Assembly: GCA_019311115.1 (NCBI GenBank)
Contig: JAFDDB010000002.1
Span: forward strand, 25,572-89,571
Length of the DNA stretch: 64,000 bases
Source: Deltaproteobacteria bacterium
GTDB taxonomy: Bacteria; Myxococcota_A; UBA9160; SZUA-336
Reading direction: 5' to 3'
Shown here: piece by piece, positions 46,854 to 56,615 of the stretch
Position numbering within the stretch: the stretch's first letter is position 1
Layout of the letters: every line of letters begins with the position of its first letter
Made by a program: the position numbers and the translations under genes
Notes under the pieces: model-generated
What the model saw: only the letters and a program-made list of their open reading frames with translations
What the model was told of the DNA's origin: nothing
The model's database searches: none

Positions 46854-46987
46854 GACTTCGAGGCTAGGACCGGCACCGCGCGGGTGCAATGCGCCCCGTC
46901 CCCGTTGCGGCCGGAGCCGCGGCGAGCCTATAGTCCCGACCCGCCCGCCGCGCCCGCCCCTGGCGCAGCCATGCGTACGGAGCACCC

Positions 46988-47974
46988 GTGTCGCAGATCG
47001 TCGTCGAGGATCTGGTCAAGACGTACCGCGTGGCCGAGCGCCGCCCGGGACTCGGCGGCGCCATTCGCGGCCTGGTCCGCCGCGAGCACCGCACGGTGCG
47101 CGCGCTCGACGGCGTGGACTTTCGCATCGAACCGGGCGAACTCGTCGGCTACGTCGGCCCGAACGGCGCCGGCAAGTCGACGACGATCAAGATCCTGTCC
47201 GGGATCCTGGTTCCCGACTCGGGGCGCTGCGAGGTACTCGGCCACGTGCCCTGGCGCGACCGCGTGCGCTACGTCTCGGGCATCGGCGTCGTGTTCGGCC
47301 AGCGCACCCAGCTCTGGTGGGACCTGCCGGTGATCGAGTCCTTCGACCTGCTCTCCGCGATCTACCGCGTCGAGCCGGAGCGCTACCGCCGCTCGCGGGA
47401 CGAGCTCGTCTCGCGGCTGGCACTGGAGCCCCTGCTCGACATACCCGTGCGTCAGCTGAGTCTCGGGCAGCGCATGCGCTGCGACCTGGCCGCGTCGCTC
47501 CTGCACGAGCCCCCGCTGCTCTTCCTGGACGAGCCGAGCATCGGTCTCGACGCGGTGTCGAAGCTGGCTGTGCGGGACTTCATTCGCGAACTGAACGAGA
47601 CGCGCGGCGTCACCGTCATCCTCACGACGCACGACATGGACGACATCGAGGCGCTGTGCCGGCGCGTGATCGTGATCGGGCGCGGGACGATCCTGACCGA
47701 CGGAACGCTCGACGACCTGCGCGCGCGCACCCGCGGAGAGCGCCGACTGATTCTCGACCTCGTCGAGGACGAGCCCGTGTCGGACCGCGACGCCGAAGTC
47801 GTGTCGCGCTCGGGAACGCGCGTCGAGCTGCGCTTCGACCCGGCGCGGGTGACGGCGACCGAGCTGATCTCCCGCCTCACGGCCAGGCACGCCGTCCGCG
47901 ACCTGTTCGTGGAGAACCCGCCGATCGAAGAGGTGATCGCGCGGCTCTACGCGGACGAGGACCGCGAGGCTTGA
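46988..47974 (+). CDS. ABC transporter ATP-binding protein
   Basis: Walker [10 protein letters not shown], signature LSLGQRMR, Walker B LLFLDEP. Confidence 0.85.
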   Translation: MSQIVVEDLVKTYRVAERRPGLGGAIRGLVRREHRTVRALDGVDFRIEPGELVGYVGPNGAGKSTTIKILSGILVPDSGRCEVLGHVPWRDRVRYVSGIGVVFGQRTQLWWDLPVIESFDLLSAIYRVEPERYRRSRDELVSRLALEPLLDIPVRQLSLGQRMRCDLAASLLHEPPLLFLDEPSIGLDAVSKLAVRDFIRELNETRGVTVILTTHDMDDIEALCRRVIVIGRGTILTDGTLDDLRARTRGERRLILDLVEDEPVSDRDAEVVSRSGTRVELRFDPARVTATELISRLTARHAVRDLFVENPPIEEVIARLYADEDREA

Positions 47975-48786
47975 GGCCCTACCTGGCGATCCTGAGTGCG
48001 CGCTACCGCATGCTGCTGCAGTACCGCGCGGCCGCGCTCGCCGGCATCACGACGCAGTTCTTCTGGGGCTTCATCCGCATCATGATCCTGGGCGCGTTCT
48101 ACGCCGCGAGCGACGTCGACCCGCCGATGGCATTCGCCGCCGTCGTGACCTACGTGTGGCTCGGACAGGCGCTGCTCGGCATGCTGCCCTGGAACCTCGA
48201 GCCCGAGATCGAAGCCATGGTGCGCGAGGGCAACGTGGCCTTCGAACTGGTGCGCCCGGTCGATCTGTACAGCCTGTGGTACATGCGCACGCTCGCGCTG
48301 CGCACCGCGTCGACTTCACTTCGAGCCGTGCCGATCGTCTTGCTCGCGGGCTTCGTCCTGCCCTGGACGCCGCTCGCCGACTGGGCGCTCGCGGCCCCCG
48401 CCGGCCTCGCAGCCGCGGGCCTGTGGATGCTGGCCACGGTCGTCGCCATGGCGCTCGGCTGCGCGCTCACCATGCTGGTCCACGTGTCGCTGATGTGGAC
48501 GATCTCGGGAGACGGTCTCTCCCGGGTCGTGCCGTCGCTGGTGTCGGTGTTCTCGGGCATGGTGGTGCCGCTGCCGCTCTTCCCCGACGTGCTCCAACCG
48601 CTCCTCCACGCCCTCCCCTTCCGGGGTCTGGTCGACGTGCCCCTGCGCATCTGGGCGGGTCACCTGGAGGGGGCCGAGGCGTGGACCGCGCTGGGCGGGG
48701 CCGCGCTCTGGGCGCTGGCGCTGGTCGCGCTGGGCCGCTTCCTGCTCGCGCGGGGCTGCCGGCGCCTGGTCGTCCAGGGAGGCTGA
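47971..48786 (+). CDS. ABC-2 family transporter permease
   Basis: Six-TM ABC-2 type membrane protein. The probable start is a TTG overlapping the ATPase stop (TTGA); the alternative is the ATG at 48010. Confidence 0.6.
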   Translation: MRPYLAILSARYRMLLQYRAAALAGITTQFFWGFIRIMILGAFYAASDVDPPMAFAAVVTYVWLGQALLGMLPWNLEPEIEAMVREGNVAFELVRPVDLYSLWYMRTLALRTASTSLRAVPIVLLAGFVLPWTPLADWALAAPAGLAAAGLWMLATVVAMALGCALTMLVHVSLMWTISGDGLSRVVPSLVSVFSGMVVPLPLFPDVLQPLLHALPFRGLVDVPLRIWAGHLEGAEAWTALGGAALWALALVALGRFLLARGCRRLVVQGG

Positions 48787-48789
48787 GCG

Positions 48790-49593
48790 GTGACCGACTC
48801 CCTGCGGCTCTGGATCCGCTACATGGCGCTCTCGGTCCGGGCGCAGATGCAGTACCGGGCGTCGTTCTTTCTTGCCGCGCTCGGCCAGTTCCTGGGCACA
48901 GCGACCGAGTTCGCGGGAATCTGGGCGCTCTTCTCTCGCTTCGGCGAGCTCCGCGACTGGACGCTGTGGGAGGTCGCCCTCTTCTACGGCGTCGTGAACG
49001 TGGCGTTCGCGCTGGCCGACGCGCTGTCGACCGGCTTCGACCGCTTCGGGGACACCGTCAAGCGCGGGCACTTCGATCGGCTGCTGGTGCGGCCGCGCAG
49101 CACGGTCCTGCAGCTGGCCGGGCAGGAGCTCGCCTTCCGCCGAGTGGGCCGCCTGCTTCAGGGTGCGCTGGTGCTGGGCGTCGCGTCGGCTTCGCTGGAG
49201 CTGGACTGGACGGCGGCCCGCGCGGCCCTGCTGGCGGCGGCGATCCTCGGCGGGGCGTGCGTCTTCTTCGGGCTCTTCGTCGTCCACGCGACGATCGCGT
49301 TCTGGACCATCGAGTCGCTCGAGCTGATGAATACCCTGACGTACGGCGGCGTGCAGACCGCGCAGTACCCGCTCTCGATCTACGCCGCGCCGTTCCGCCG
49401 GTTCTTCACGTTCGCCGTTCCGCTGGCCTGCGTGGCGTACTTTCCGGTCGTCGCGATCCTCGAGCGTGACGATCCGCTCGGCAGCCCCTTCTGGCTGCAG
49501 TGCATCGCCCCGCTCGCCGGGGTCGTGTTCCTGGCCGCCAGCCTTCAGTTCTGGCGCTTCGGCGAGCGCCACTACACGTCGACCGGCAGCTAG
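48790..49593 (+). CDS. ABC-2 family transporter permease (second)
   Basis: GTG start 4 nt after the previous stop. Six-TM ABC-2 type permease paralogous to the preceding gene. Confidence 0.65.
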   Translation: MTDSLRLWIRYMALSVRAQMQYRASFFLAALGQFLGTATEFAGIWALFSRFGELRDWTLWEVALFYGVVNVAFALADALSTGFDRFGDTVKRGHFDRLLVRPRSTVLQLAGQELAFRRVGRLLQGALVLGVASASLELDWTAARAALLAAAILGGACVFFGLFVVHATIAFWTIESLELMNTLTYGGVQTAQYPLSIYAAPFRRFFTFAVPLACVAYFPVVAILERDDPLGSPFWLQCIAPLAGVVFLAASLQFWRFGERHYTSTGS

Positions 49594-49690
49594 CCCGCAG
49601 CGCGCGCGCAGCGAAAGTTCCAGCGGCGGACCGCCGATGCGATCTCGACTCGTACGGACGGGGGGCCGTGCGTTCGCGAGGTTCTCGCAA

Positions 49691-50038
49691 ATGCAGCCTG
49701 TGCAGTCCATGGGCCAGCTCGGATACGAGACCGCATCACCCAAGAGCTACACGACCGCGGTGGTGCTCTCGAGCGTACTCGGGTGGATGGGTGCCCAGCA
49801 CTTCTACCTGGGGCGCTGGGCCGAGGGCTTCCTCGACCTGGGCCTCACCCTGGGGTTCGTGTCGGCCTTCCTGACCGGACACCCCTTCTGGGGAATGGGA
49901 CTGCTCGCCGTCGATCTGGCTCACGAAGGGTTCGTGACGATCGCGCTGCTCACCGGGAACTTCCGGGACGGGGATGGACTCCGGGTCATGTACCCGGGAC
50001 AGCGCCCCGCCCCGCAACCTGACACAGGAGTGTGGTGA
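49691..50038 (+). CDS. TM2 domain-containing protein
   Basis: [26 protein letters not shown] matches the TM2 (PF05154) GxxGxHxFYxG motif. This is the C-terminal 115 codons of the listed ORF. Confidence 0.6.
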   Translation: MQPVQSMGQLGYETASPKSYTTAVVLSSVLGWMGAQHFYLGRWAEGFLDLGLTLGFVSAFLTGHPFWGMGLLAVDLAHEGFVTIALLTGNFRDGDGLRVMYPGQRPAPQPDTGVW

Positions 50039-50289
50039 TGCAAGACGCGACGATGAACAGCCCGGCGATGATGTCGGAAGTGAGCGACAAGGGATTCGTT
50101 CCCACGGTGCTGCTCTGCTTCTTCCTCGGCGGATTCGGCGTGCACCGCTTCTACGCCGGAAAGGTCGGAACCGGCCTGCTCCAACTGTTGACGCTGGGCG
50201 GCCTGGGCATCTGGACGCTCGTGGACCTGATCTTGCTCGTCACGGGCAACTTCAAGGACAAGAGCGGAGCGCCGATCAAGGCGTCCTGA
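50038..50289 (+). CDS. TM2 domain-containing protein
   Basis: [27 protein letters not shown] is a TM2 motif. The ATG overlaps the preceding stop as TGATG. Confidence 0.65.
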   Translation: MQDATMNSPAMMSEVSDKGFVPTVLLCFFLGGFGVHRFYAGKVGTGLLQLLTLGGLGIWTLVDLILLVTGNFKDKSGAPIKAS

Positions 50290-50577
50290 CTCCAGCTGCA
50301 GATCGGATCCAAGAGGCCCCCCCGGTGCACAGCCCGGGGGGGCCTCCGACGTCTGGGCGGCCCGCACTCCGCGACTCGCCGGGAACTCCGCGGGCCCACG
50401 GCACCCCGCTGCCAGCGCACGCGCCGGCAGCCCGAAGGCAAGAAAAGCCGCGCTCCGCGCGTCACCTATTCGGCGCTCGCACCACTACTGAGTGGCTGCC
50501 CGCGCGTTCACGGGCCGAAGCTGGCGAGTCGCCGGCGGGCGGCCAACTGATGAACGCTCGTTGCGGAGGTTGAGAAG

Positions 50578-51195
50578 GTGGCTCCCAAGATGATGATCCG
50601 GCTGTGCCTGCTGGTCGCGCTCGCGCTTCCCCAGGCGGCCCTCGCCACGCCTCTCGACCTGACATTGCCCCTGAGTCCGGACATCATGTCCGGCTTCATA
50701 GACGTGACGTTCGACGCTTCGTCCGACACGCTCGAGGCCACGGGCTTCGCGCTCACGCTGGACGGCGCCCCGATCTCGAACGGTACCTTCCTGCTGATCG
50801 TGGACCTGGCCGCAATCAGCGGGACGCTCGACATCGGCGGGAACGTCGGAGGCTCGGGGCCGAGCCTCCTGACCGGAGACCTGACCGCCTTCGGCTTCAT
50901 CCCGGGCGGGGGTGATCCGCTCGAGTTCACGTTCAGCGCCACCGGCGGCGACCTGCTCAGCCTCTTCGGCGGCCTCTCGGCGCCGATCGGCGTGATCCTG
51001 TCGGGCACGGCCTTCCCGGGCGACTTCGCCTCGGACTTCGACAACCGGCTCGGGCTGGCCCAGGGCACGGGATCGGGCGTGGCCGACGCCGCGGCGGTCC
51101 CTGAAGCCGGCACCGCCGTCCTGCTCCTGCTCGGAGGCTTCGGTCTGGCGACGCGCCGTGCAAGCCGGATCCGCCGGACCGGCGTGCAGCGCTGA
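50578..51195 (+). CDS. secreted protein with PEP-CTERM-like C-terminal sorting signal
   Basis: N-terminal signal peptide, then a Gly/Ser/Thr/Asp-rich body. The C-terminal VPEAGTAVLLLLGGFGLATRRASRIRR combines a motif, a TM helix and a basic cluster, the architecture of exosortase substrates; the motif itself is PEA rather than PEP. Confidence 0.5.
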   Translation: MAPKMMIRLCLLVALALPQAALATPLDLTLPLSPDIMSGFIDVTFDASSDTLEATGFALTLDGAPISNGTFLLIVDLAAISGTLDIGGNVGGSGPSLLTGDLTAFGFIPGGGDPLEFTFSATGGDLLSLFGGLSAPIGVILSGTAFPGDFASDFDNRLGLAQGTGSGVADAAAVPEAGTAVLLLLGGFGLATRRASRIRRTGVQR

Positions 51196-51210
51196 CCGTC
51201 GTCGACCCGT

Positions 51211-51654
51211 TCAGCCGGTAGACGGGCGCGACGCGAGCGCCCAGACGGCCCAGGCCACGGGCGCGACGAGCCCCGCCGCGCCGACGGGCACGAGCAGGAT
51301 GCCGAGTCCGGGGTCGCCCCCGTAGACGAACAGGCCACCGAGCAGGAAGCCACCCGGCAGCACGAGGGTGGCGCCCACGAGGCAGAGCGAACTCCAGCGC
51401 TGCCCCGCAGCCTCGGAGACCGCGGCCAGCTGGAGCGTCGCGGCGTAGGCGACGTGCACCAGGCCGAGCAACGCTCCGTGCGCGTGCGCCAGCGTGAACA
51501 TGTGCCGGCGCGTGGCGTTCGCCGCGTCGACGTACCAGCCCAGCTTGAAGCCGTGCAGCGCCTCGAGCACCACGCCGAAGAGCAGGAAGAAGAGCAGCGT
51601 CGACCAGCCCCAGAGCAGGTGCCGCTGTGCCGCCGGAGTCAGGTCGGCCGGCAC
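51211..51654 (-). CDS. hypothetical small membrane protein (4 TM) co-transcribed with the multiheme cytochrome
   Basis: GTG start with a GGGGGAG SD, 2 nt after the cytochrome gene stop. The product is VPADLTPAAQRHLLWGWSTLLFFLLFGVVLEALHGF... It is the C-terminal 147 codons of the composite listed ORF 51211-53991. Confidence 0.45.
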   Translation of the reverse strand: MPADLTPAAQRHLLWGWSTLLFFLLFGVVLEALHGFKLGWYVDAANATRRHMFTLAHAHGALLGLVHVAYAATLQLAAVSEAAGQRWSSLCLVGATLVLPGGFLLGGLFVYGGDPGLGILLVPVGAAGLVAPVAWAVWALASRPSTG

Positions 51655-51656
51655 GC

Positions 51657-53669
51657 CTACTCCCCCAGCCTGAACGGCGTGTCGTCCCGCGCCGCAAGCG
51701 CCCGGGCCTGGGCCGCCGAGTCGAGCGAGCCGTCCTTCGCGATCAGGATCTCGGGGCGGCCGGGGCGCGGGGCGGCGCGGAGCGACCACTGGAGCAACGC
51801 GCGCTCTGCCGCCTCGGTCCACGCCGGCGGCTCCGCCACGTAGGCGTACTCGAAGTGCTCGAAGCCGGGCAGGGTTCGCAGCGACCAGAACGAGATCCAG
51901 CGCACGGCGTGGTAGGGATCTTCCAGCAGCGGCGCCAGGTGGGCGGCGATCCACTCCGTACCCGCGGCCTCCTGCGCCGGAGCCCAGCCGGCGTGCCACG
52001 CGGCGAGCGCTCGCTGGCCCGCGTCTCCGCTGAGCAGCCAGCGCACGCCGGCGCCGATCTCCTGGTCCGCGCTCTCGAGCGATGGCTCGGGCGTGCCGTA
52101 CCACTCGGCCAGCCGGGCCGCGGTCCAGCCGAGCGGCCGGTCGAGGTGGCACAGGTTGCAGGCGTTCGGCCGCCCGGTCTCGAGCGTCTCCTGCACGCTG
52201 GGGCTGCTGACCTGGTGGCTGCGGCTCGCCTTGAGGATGCCCAGCACGGTGTGGGGCATGTGACAGTCCTGGCAGGCGCTGCCGCGGGAGTCCGCCGCGT
52301 GGTGCGTATGCGCCTCGCGCGGGCCGTCGTCGGCAAGCCCCGGGTGGCACTGCAGGCAGGCCGTGTCGCCACGCATCAGCGGACCGAGCTGGTCGTCCGC
52401 CCACTTCTTGCGGGGGCGTCTGTCCGCCGAAGCCTGGTGCATGACGTGGCACGTCTGACACGTCATGCCGCCGCCGGCGAAGCATGGCGACTCGATGGTC
52501 CCGTGGTACTCGCGGCCGGACACCCGGACCATGCCGTCGGACCAGAACAGCTGGCGCATGTGCGAGTCGATGTCCTCGATCTCGCGGAGCAGCACGGCTC
52601 GATTTCCGCTCGTGTCGCCGGGATCCAGATACTTCTTGCGCGCGTACACGCGGGTCTCGGACAGCGCGTCCCCCGGCCGGTAGGTCCGTCGGTTCGGCGC
52701 GTTCGCCACATTCGTCGGTTGGCGGTCGACCCAGTTTCCGTGGCACTGCCCGCACACGTCGACGGCGAGCTGGGCGGACAGGTTCGCCGGGTTCACGATC
52801 GAGGCGTCCTCGCCTCCCGACAGGTGCAGCCGGTAGCGGTGGCGCGGGTCGCGGTTCAGCCGCACGTGGGAGTCCCCCGGACCGTGGCAGGACTCGCAAG
52901 CGATGCCGAGCTCGGCGACCTGGGTGTCGGCGGCCGCGCGCGGTCCCTCTCCCTTTCCGCGCTCGAAGAGCGACTGGCCGTGCGTCGCGTGGCACTGGAT
53001 GCAGCTCTCGTTCCACTCGCCGCGCGGGTTGAAGCCGGGAGAGGCCGCCGGGTACAGGAAGCTCCAGCCGTAGGGGATCCACATGCGCGGCCCGATCCGG
53101 TAGTCGATGGGCAGCCGTTGCACGGCGCGCGCACCGGGAGTCTCGAACCAGTAGTCCTGGTCGTGGTGCGAGCCGGTCGTCATGACCAGCTGTCGCCACA
53201 CGCGCGGCACCGAGGGGGCCTCGCCGTCCTCGTAGTCCGGATCGACGAAGAAGTCCGGATCGGGGAGTTCCACCCAGAACTCCCGTCCGCGGCGCTCGAA
53301 GCGGTAGCTCACGCCCTCGAGCTCGAGCTCGAGTCCGTCGAGATCGGGGATCACGCTCTCGGGCCCCGCCACCTGCGTCATGGAGCTGTGGTACGAGCCG
53401 GACCAGCTGGCGTGCTGGTCCGGGTGACAGGACTGGCAGGCCTTCGACGAGACGAAGCCGTCGCTCCGCACCTCGACCGGACGATTCGCCGCATTGTCGA
53501 CAGTGGCGAGCCGCGGCGCGTGCCGAACGGCGTTGCCCGCCAGCGCGGCGAACGCGACGACGGCCACGGCGACGCCCAGCTTTCGGGGCCGCCAGCCCGC
53601 GAGCATCGCGACCACCGGCATCAGCGCGGCCGCGCCGAGCACGCTCACGAGGATGGCTTCGATCGGCAC
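51657..53669 (-). CDS. multiheme c-type cytochrome (8 CxxCH motifs) with N-terminal membrane anchor
   Basis: Heme-binding motifs CQSCH, CIQCH, CESCH, CGQCH, CQTCH, CLQCH, CQDCH and CNLCH. N-terminal TM MPIEAILVSVLGAAALMPVVAMLAGW. Confidence 0.8.
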   Translation of the reverse strand: MPIEAILVSVLGAAALMPVVAMLAGWRPRKLGVAVAVVAFAALAGNAVRHAPRLATVDNAANRPVEVRSDGFVSSKACQSCHPDQHASWSGSYHSSMTQVAGPESVIPDLDGLELELEGVSYRFERRGREFWVELPDPDFFVDPDYEDGEAPSVPRVWRQLVMTTGSHHDQDYWFETPGARAVQRLPIDYRIGPRMWIPYGWSFLYPAASPGFNPRGEWNESCIQCHATHGQSLFERGKGEGPRAAADTQVAELGIACESCHGPGDSHVRLNRDPRHRYRLHLSGGEDASIVNPANLSAQLAVDVCGQCHGNWVDRQPTNVANAPNRRTYRPGDALSETRVYARKKYLDPGDTSGNRAVLLREIEDIDSHMRQLFWSDGMVRVSGREYHGTIESPCFAGGGMTCQTCHVMHQASADRRPRKKWADDQLGPLMRGDTACLQCHPGLADDGPREAHTHHAADSRGSACQDCHMPHTVLGILKASRSHQVSSPSVQETLETGRPNACNLCHLDRPLGWTAARLAEWYGTPEPSLESADQEIGAGVRWLLSGDAGQRALAAWHAGWAPAQEAAGTEWIAAHLAPLLEDPYHAVRWISFWSLRTLPGFEHFEYAYVAEPPAWTEAAERALLQWSLRAAPRPGRPEILIAKDGSLDSAAQARALAARDDTPFRLGE

Positions 53670-53770
53670 GCACTCTCGATCGGCCCGGCCTGCCGGTGAC
53701 TGGAGTCCCGGGCGGCGCTCCTGTCGTCGGCTGACGCCGCCTGCTACACCTCTGCGCGGGAGGGGGAGAC

Positions 53771-54808
53771 ATGGCCCGCGAGCCGAGCGCGCGGCGCGCG
53801 TTCCTGCTGCACGGCCTCGACGACCGCGGCACGCTCGTCGGCGTCGACGAGGTAGCGAGCGGTCGGACCGCTCTCTCCTGCCCGTACTGCGAGACGCGGC
53901 TGCTCGCGAAGAAGGGGCGCGTGCTGGCGGCGCACTTCGCCCACGACGGAGAGACGTGCCGCGAGTCGGCCGAGCGGCAGGCCGCGCGCATCCCGTTCTA
54001 CGACGACTTCGAGACGCTCGAGCCGCTCGGCCGCGCGGACCTGAAGCTGTGCCGCAGCCTGCGCGGCCAGACCATCAACCACACCTCGCTGCGCGGCTGG
54101 CGACGCGCCTCGCTGCGCAGGCTGGTGGACGCCGGACTGATCGAAGAGGTCCCGCGCGGCCAGCGCTGGGTCGACGGCATCGGCTCGCACCGCCACACCG
54201 CCTGGGGCGAGGCCGTGGCAGCGGCCACCCGTCACCGCCTGACGCTGGCCGCCATGGCGGAGGTGCAGGCGCGCGCCGCCCTCGCCAAGCTGGACGCCCT
54301 CGAAGCCAGGGCCGCCGACCGCGCCAGCCCGCTGTCCAGCGTGGACCTGCGCCTCTACCGCGCGAGCCTCGCCCGCCTGCTCTCCCTGGACCTCTACCTG
54401 CTCGAAGCCCGCGCCGACGGCCGCGTCCTGCACAAGATCGGCGTCACGGCCCGGAGCATCGACGACCGCCTCCCCGAGATCCGCACCGACCTGTCCGCCC
54501 ACTTCGAGCAGGTCGAGGTCGACGTGCACGGAGTGTGGCCCCAGCGGGGCTCGCTGGAGCTCTACTTCAAGCAACGCTTCGCCCCCCGCCGCGCGACGCT
54601 GGGCAGCCACACCGAGTACTTCGAGTTCGACACCCGCGCCGAAGGCGGCCGCCTGTACCGCGTCCCGTTCAAGATGCTCGCCGAACTGGACACCACCCCC
54701 GTGCCACAGAGACTCGCCGACCTCCTCCACCCCCCCGAGACCCCCGACCCCACGCCATCCAGAGCAAGCGCGGCAGCGGAACGCACGAAGGCGCTTCCGA
54801 GCCCCTAG
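53771..54808 (+). CDS. CoiA-like family protein (competence protein CoiA-type N-terminal zinc-ribbon/HFAH motif)
   Basis: LSCPYCETRLLAKKGRVLAAHFAHDGETC matches the CPxC...HFAH...C N-terminal signature of PF06054. Confidence 0.45.
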   Translation: MAREPSARRAFLLHGLDDRGTLVGVDEVASGRTALSCPYCETRLLAKKGRVLAAHFAHDGETCRESAERQAARIPFYDDFETLEPLGRADLKLCRSLRGQTINHTSLRGWRRASLRRLVDAGLIEEVPRGQRWVDGIGSHRHTAWGEAVAAATRHRLTLAAMAEVQARAALAKLDALEARAADRASPLSSVDLRLYRASLARLLSLDLYLLEARADGRVLHKIGVTARSIDDRLPEIRTDLSAHFEQVEVDVHGVWPQRGSLELYFKQRFAPRRATLGSHTEYFEFDTRAEGGRLYRVPFKMLAELDTTPVPQRLADLLHPPETPDPTPSRASAAAERTKALPSP

Positions 54809-55896
54809 ACGAAGCTGTCCCACTCCCCGCACTGCGGGCAGCGCCAGTGGAGCCGCGTGTCCTGGCTGCCGCAACCCGTGCAGCGGCGGCGGTCCGGCTG
54901 GAGCGGCAGGCGGCCGAGCAGCTCGTCGAAGGCCTTCAATGCGTCGGCGCTGCGGCTCTCGTCGAGCAGCAGGCGGCCGATCTCGGCGTGCGCGGCCAGT
55001 CGATCGGGCGAGCGGTCGAGCAGCCGCCGGAGCGCCGAGAGCGCCTCGTCCACGCGCCCCTGCTTCGCCATCGCGCGGGCCAGCCAGAGTGCGGCCTCGG
55101 CGTCTTCGGGATTCTCGTCCAAGCGGTCGCGGAGCAGGCTCTCGAACGCCGGCAGGTCACCCGCCTGCGCGAAGGCCTCGCAGAAGCGCGGGTAGAGCAC
55201 CGGGCCGAGTGCGGCGTGCAGCGGCAGCGCGCGCTGCCAGTGGCCGATGGCGCGACGGGCCTTGCCCTCGCGCAGCGACTGCTCGCCCAGCGCGATGTAG
55301 ACCTCGGCGCAGTTCTTGTCTCGTGAGAGCGCCCGACGGAACGCGCGGCGCGCCCCACCCTCGTCGCCGTTCAACGCCGCGGCGTTGCCGAGCCCCGCCC
55401 ACAGGTGGGCCAGGATGCTCGGGGTCGCCGCGTCGGCGGCGCCGATCTTGCGCCGGATCTGGATCGCCGACTCCCAGTCGCCGCTCTCGACACGCAGCCG
55501 CTCCAGCTCGCGCAGCGCCTGCAGGTTGCCGGGGTCGGCCTCGAGCAGCTCCTCGAAGGATGCCGCAGCCCGGCGCAGGAACCCGCCGGCGCGGAAGTCG
55601 AGGGCCAGCGAGAGCAGGCTCTCGACGCGCAACGCCTCGGACAAGTCGGGCTGCAGGAGCAGGTTCTGGTGGATCTGGATGGCTCGGCCGATCTCGCCGC
55701 GGGCGCGGTACAGGTTCGCCAGCGCCATGTACACGTCGGCCGACGAGGAGTCGATGCGGGCCGCCTCGGCCAGCTCGAGCTCGGCCGCCCCCAGGTCGCC
55801 TGCCAGCACCAGGTGCAGCGCGCGCCGCATGTGCGCGCTGGTCGAGGAGTGGGGCTCCGGAGACCTGCGGAGTCGGCGGAGCCAGCGAGGCGCCAC
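54805..55896 (-). CDS. lapB: lipopolysaccharide assembly protein B (TPR repeats + C-terminal rubredoxin-like zinc finger)
   Basis: TPR repeats followed by CTGCGSQDTRLHWRCPQCGEWDSFV, diagnostic of LapB/YciM. The true start may be the internal MRRALHLV near 55830. Confidence 0.8.
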   Translation of the reverse strand: MAPRWLRRLRRSPEPHSSTSAHMRRALHLVLAGDLGAAELELAEAARIDSSSADVYMALANLYRARGEIGRAIQIHQNLLLQPDLSEALRVESLLSLALDFRAGGFLRRAAASFEELLEADPGNLQALRELERLRVESGDWESAIQIRRKIGAADAATPSILAHLWAGLGNAAALNGDEGGARRAFRRALSRDKNCAEVYIALGEQSLREGKARRAIGHWQRALPLHAALGPVLYPRFCEAFAQAGDLPAFESLLRDRLDENPEDAEAALWLARAMAKQGRVDEALSALRRLLDRSPDRLAAHAEIGRLLLDESRSADALKAFDELLGRLPLQPDRRRCTGCGSQDTRLHWRCPQCGEWDSFV

Positions 55897-56220
55897 TCAG
55901 CCGTCTCGCGCTTCGACCGCCTTCGCCTCGTCGTCCTCGGACAGCGGCAGCGTGCGCAGCCCGTGGACTTCCTGCTCGAGCAGGGCGACGCGGCGCGACT
56001 CGCGCCGCAGCCGCATGCGGACGCGCACGATGGGCCAGGTGAAGGCGACCGCGGTGATCCCGACTCCGATCAGCAGGGCGCCGAGTACGATCAGTCCCAG
56101 CGGCTGATGGGTCTCGTGAAAGACCAGGTTGAGCGGAACCTCGGCCCGGTTCCAGGTGCCGAGGAGGGTCAGGTAGACCGCAGGCACCAGGCCGAGCAGG
56201 ACCCGGAACAACGTCTTCAC
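55897..56220 (-). CDS. lapA: lipopolysaccharide assembly protein A (DUF1049)
   Basis: Small 2-TM protein immediately upstream of lapB (MKTLFRVLLGLVPAVYLTLLG...EQEVHGLR). Confidence 0.7.
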   Translation of the reverse strand: MKTLFRVLLGLVPAVYLTLLGTWNRAEVPLNLVFHETHQPLGLIVLGALLIGVGITAVAFTWPIVRVRMRLRRESRRVALLEQEVHGLRTLPLSEDDEAKAVEARDG

Positions 56221-56227
56221 GCGGCCC

Positions 56228-56572
56228 TCAGCCGGCGTCCGAAGCCGTGCCGCCTTCGGCGGCCGCCCCGGCCGTCGGCGGCGAAGCCCGACGTTCGGAG
56301 TCGATCCGCTCCTTCAGCTCCTTGCCGACCTTGAAGAACGGCGTGCGCTTGGCGGGGATCTGCACCTCTTCGCCGGTCTTGGGGTTCCGGCCCTCGCGCG
56401 CCTCGCGGATCTTGACCTGAAAGCTGCCGAAGCCGCGGATCTCGATCCGCTTCGACCCCTTCAGCGCCTCGGTCATGCCCTCGAAGATCGTGTTGACGAC
56501 GAGCTCCGTGTCCTTCTTGGAGATGTGCGGAACGCGGGCAGCCACTCGCTCGATCAGATCGCTCTTCGTCAT
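56228..56572 (-). CDS. ihfB: integration host factor subunit beta
   Basis: MTKSDLIERVA...RIEIRGFGSFQVKIREAREGRNPKTGEEVQIPAKRTPFFKVGKELKERI matches the IHF-beta/HU fold. It sits in the classic position downstream of rpsA. Confidence 0.8.
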   Translation of the reverse strand: MTKSDLIERVAARVPHISKKDTELVVNTIFEGMTEALKGSKRIEIRGFGSFQVKIREAREGRNPKTGEEVQIPAKRTPFFKVGKELKERIDSERRASPPTAGAAAEGGTASDAG

Positions 56573-56615
56573 CCGGGAGCCCCCTCGGTCTCTCTCGCTT
56601 CCGCAGCCGACGACG

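Noticed and set aside
51211-53991. 926-aa ORF on the minus strand
   Set aside because: This is a composite. The upstream 780 codons are an off-frame reading of the multiheme cytochrome gene. Only the last 147 codons form a plausible gene.
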